A model generated the notes under the pieces. The model was not told where the DNA came from. It was given only the letters and a program-made list of their open reading frames with translations, and searched no databases. Shown here in pieces: positions 61,825-64,000 of a stretch of DNA of 64,000 nucleotides; position 1 is the stretch's first letter, and each line of letters begins with the position of its first letter. Source of the stretch: Octopus sinensis. Taxonomy: Eukaryota. The position numbers and the translations under genes were made by a program. Where the stretch lies: positions 15,066,001 to 15,130,000 of the forward strand of contig NC_043009.1 of assembly GCF_006345805.1 (NCBI RefSeq). Reading direction: 5' to 3'.

Positions 61825-62782
61825 TTGGTTTTGTCTAAATTTATTATGAATTTTCCTAATAATGCATTTTTTCGTTGTATGTCATTTATTGCTCAATATG
61901 CACTATGCTTAAATCTGATAATCCAGACATATTCACGTGGTAGAACTTTTATACCAGACAGCTTTTGATAATAAGTCATAAATGAAATAATACTTCGGGC
62001 GTATTATTAATACAAAAAAGAAGTTAAAAAAATAACAATGAAATCCATGCATATCTAGTTTTAGGGGGTAAATTTCTATGACTAAGCTCTGATTTTTCTG
62101 TTGGCAATGCATAGAAATAGCAGAAATGAATTGATTAAATTGACTAAGATTTAATGGATTTGTATCCTACTGCAATCGTTCGCTTATGGCACATATAATT
62201 AGTAATCAAAAATGCATCATTGACACACGTTCTCGAGGTCTTACATAGAAGTGTGAATGTAAGAACTGCGTAATAATTAAATATAGCAGCATGAGAAAAC
62301 CCATTTGTAATTATAAATACTAGCAGACCTCAGTTAGTTGTTCATGGATGATAACCGGAATACACACTTTTGGTTTTGTCTAAATTTATCATGAATTTTC
62401 TTAATAATGCATTTTTGCTTTGTATGTCTTTTATTGCTGAACATTTTTTAATAAAAAATTTTATGCCAAGTATCGAATTGCGATCCCATTTCATGCAAAA
62501 AGTTTATCCGCTTACGCGAAATAATTACAAGCTTTCTAATAATCAACATGCAATCACTACTCCCGAAAATACACATGCTTCACAACCACTGACAATGGAG
62601 CGCCAGAACTGAAATATGCTCTATGCATAAATCTGATAAACCAGACATATTCACGATGTAGAACTTTAATACCAGACAGCTTTTGATAGTAAATCATAAA
62701 TGAAATAATACTTCAGGCGTATTATTAATACAAAAAAGAAGTTAAAAAATAATAATGAAATCCATGCATATGTAGTTTTAGG
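61825..62782 (+). repeat. Local direct duplication (61825-62065 and 62370-62782), second copy 172 bp longer
   Basis: Collinear match from ttggttttgtctaaattta to atccatgcatat.tagttttagg. The extra segment 62442-62613 is bounded by ctgaa repeats. Confidence 0.9.
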
Positions 62783-63494
62783 ATGAGGCAATACGCAATG
62801 CTCTGATGTAGGAGAATGTTCTACCTCATAAATACCAATATATAAAATCTTTAAAAGGTGATCCGTGTTCGCAATATTTTATTAGTCGTACAAAGCATAT
62901 GAGAATCTTTATGCCTCCTATGACTCTAGAAAATATTCACCTGTAAAATAAACACCAAACACCTTCATTTGTTGTCATACTTTGAATAATTTGTAAGATC
63001 TGAGACAAATAACGTAAAAGAGCATCGATGTATATAACTTTTAATAACGCTGTCTATTTTATAAACTAGGAATATTAGAAGCCGTAGTCATAAATCGAAA
63101 TCACTAATAACATTTTAGAACTCTTTTTATACAAGTCCCAATCTATAATCATCAGTGTGTTCCAAGCAGACAAATTATTGCATTAGTAACAGAGAAAAAA
63201 AAACATTAATTACTTTTGCTATCTAAACGTCAAGGACATCTCGCAATGTATCACTCTTTGAAGATGAAAATGAATGAGAGATGTCAGAAGGGGATGGTGG
63301 TTATCAGGATGTTAAGAACTATGATCAAGAAGAAGGCTATGGAGTTTGTATATTTCAATTCCCGACTGTTATTAAATATAGCCTTTGTTAAAATCAGGAG
63401 CCCACAAAATGATTGAGTTGAATATTAGATTTTATTCTATACAAGTACTAAAACACACACACATATACATACCGTGTGTATGTAATTATATACA

Positions 63495-63530
63495 CTAGCG
63501 GGGCCCGTAGATAATTCACGGAATTAATAG
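63495..63530 (-). mobile_element. Isolated Helitron 3' terminus
   Basis: actagcggggcccgtagataattcacgg.attaatag parallels actagcgggacccgcagaatttccacg..attaatag at 10848. CTAG|T end with hairpin ccgtg/tacgg 10 nt upstream. Confidence 0.7.
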
Positions 63531-63532
63531 TA

Positions 63533-63762
63533 CAGTAATCCCTCGATTATCGCAGGTGTAACGTTCCAACATAGCCCAGCCCACCCCGCGACAGGTGAAA
63601 ATCCGCGAAGTAGAAACAGTACTGTACTGTATATTTTCTTTAATTATATTCGTAATTTGTATATATATTTTTTATAAATGCAAGACAACACCACGAAGGA
63701 TTCGACGTAATCTTAAATAATAAACCCCGGTAGGTGAACCTCGATATGGCGAGGGATCACTG
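63533..63762. mobile_element. pogo/Tigger-like MITE (230 bp)
   Basis: TA + cagtaatccctcgattatcgc ... gatatggcgagggatcactg + TA. Confidence 0.85.
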
Positions 63763-64000
63763 TACACCTACTGGGTTATTCCTGAAAACATTATTAAAAA
63801 AAACCGAAAACGTAGCCTGTGTTATGCCTCTATCAAAAGAGAGTCACTCACCTATTAATCATTGAAAAGTGAAGGAAATTAGAACCCGTGGATTACTTAA
63901 TTCGCATTATATACACATATGCACTTCATTTATTTTATGCACAATGTTATAGACTTGATACACAGCACTCATAAATTAAATAGTTACTCTTATTTTTCCA

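Noticed and set aside
1-64000. CRISPR arrays, rRNA, prokaryotic operons, endogenous viral genes
   Set aside because: No regularly spaced repeat-spacer units, rRNA signatures, dense ORF packing or viral motifs were seen. The window is eukaryotic repeat-rich DNA.

Overview
AT-rich, microsatellite-dense eukaryotic DNA that is mostly intergenic or intronic. The SINE/MITE families and (TA)n/(TG)n/(TAGA)n density look like a coleoid cephalopod (Octopus-type) genome; this is inferred from recognition, not from a search. No complete host gene is identifiable, only a few low-confidence candidate exons. Most ORFs in the supplied track are microsatellite artefacts. The window is a mosaic of transposon remnants: a Rep-deleted Helitron, at least six Penelope-like element (PLE) pieces (one near-complete with about 650-bp inverted pseudo-LTRs), RTE/RLE LINE fragments, Tc1/mariner/pogo derivatives and several tRNA-derived SINE families. 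The main non-obvious signal is RNA structure. About ten type-I hammerhead ribozyme (HHR) motifs from several unrelated repeat families can be read by eye. They include two canonical GUC ribozymes with a branched loop 2, a U3-A8 compensatory variant, HHR-like motifs whose stem II encloses a microsatellite, and a tRNA-headed SINE family carrying an HHR (architecture like Schistosoma Sm-alpha). Two loopless palindromes (about 125 and 202 bp) and other inverted duplications sit on these PLE-type repeats. All alignments were done by eye and need computational confirmation.
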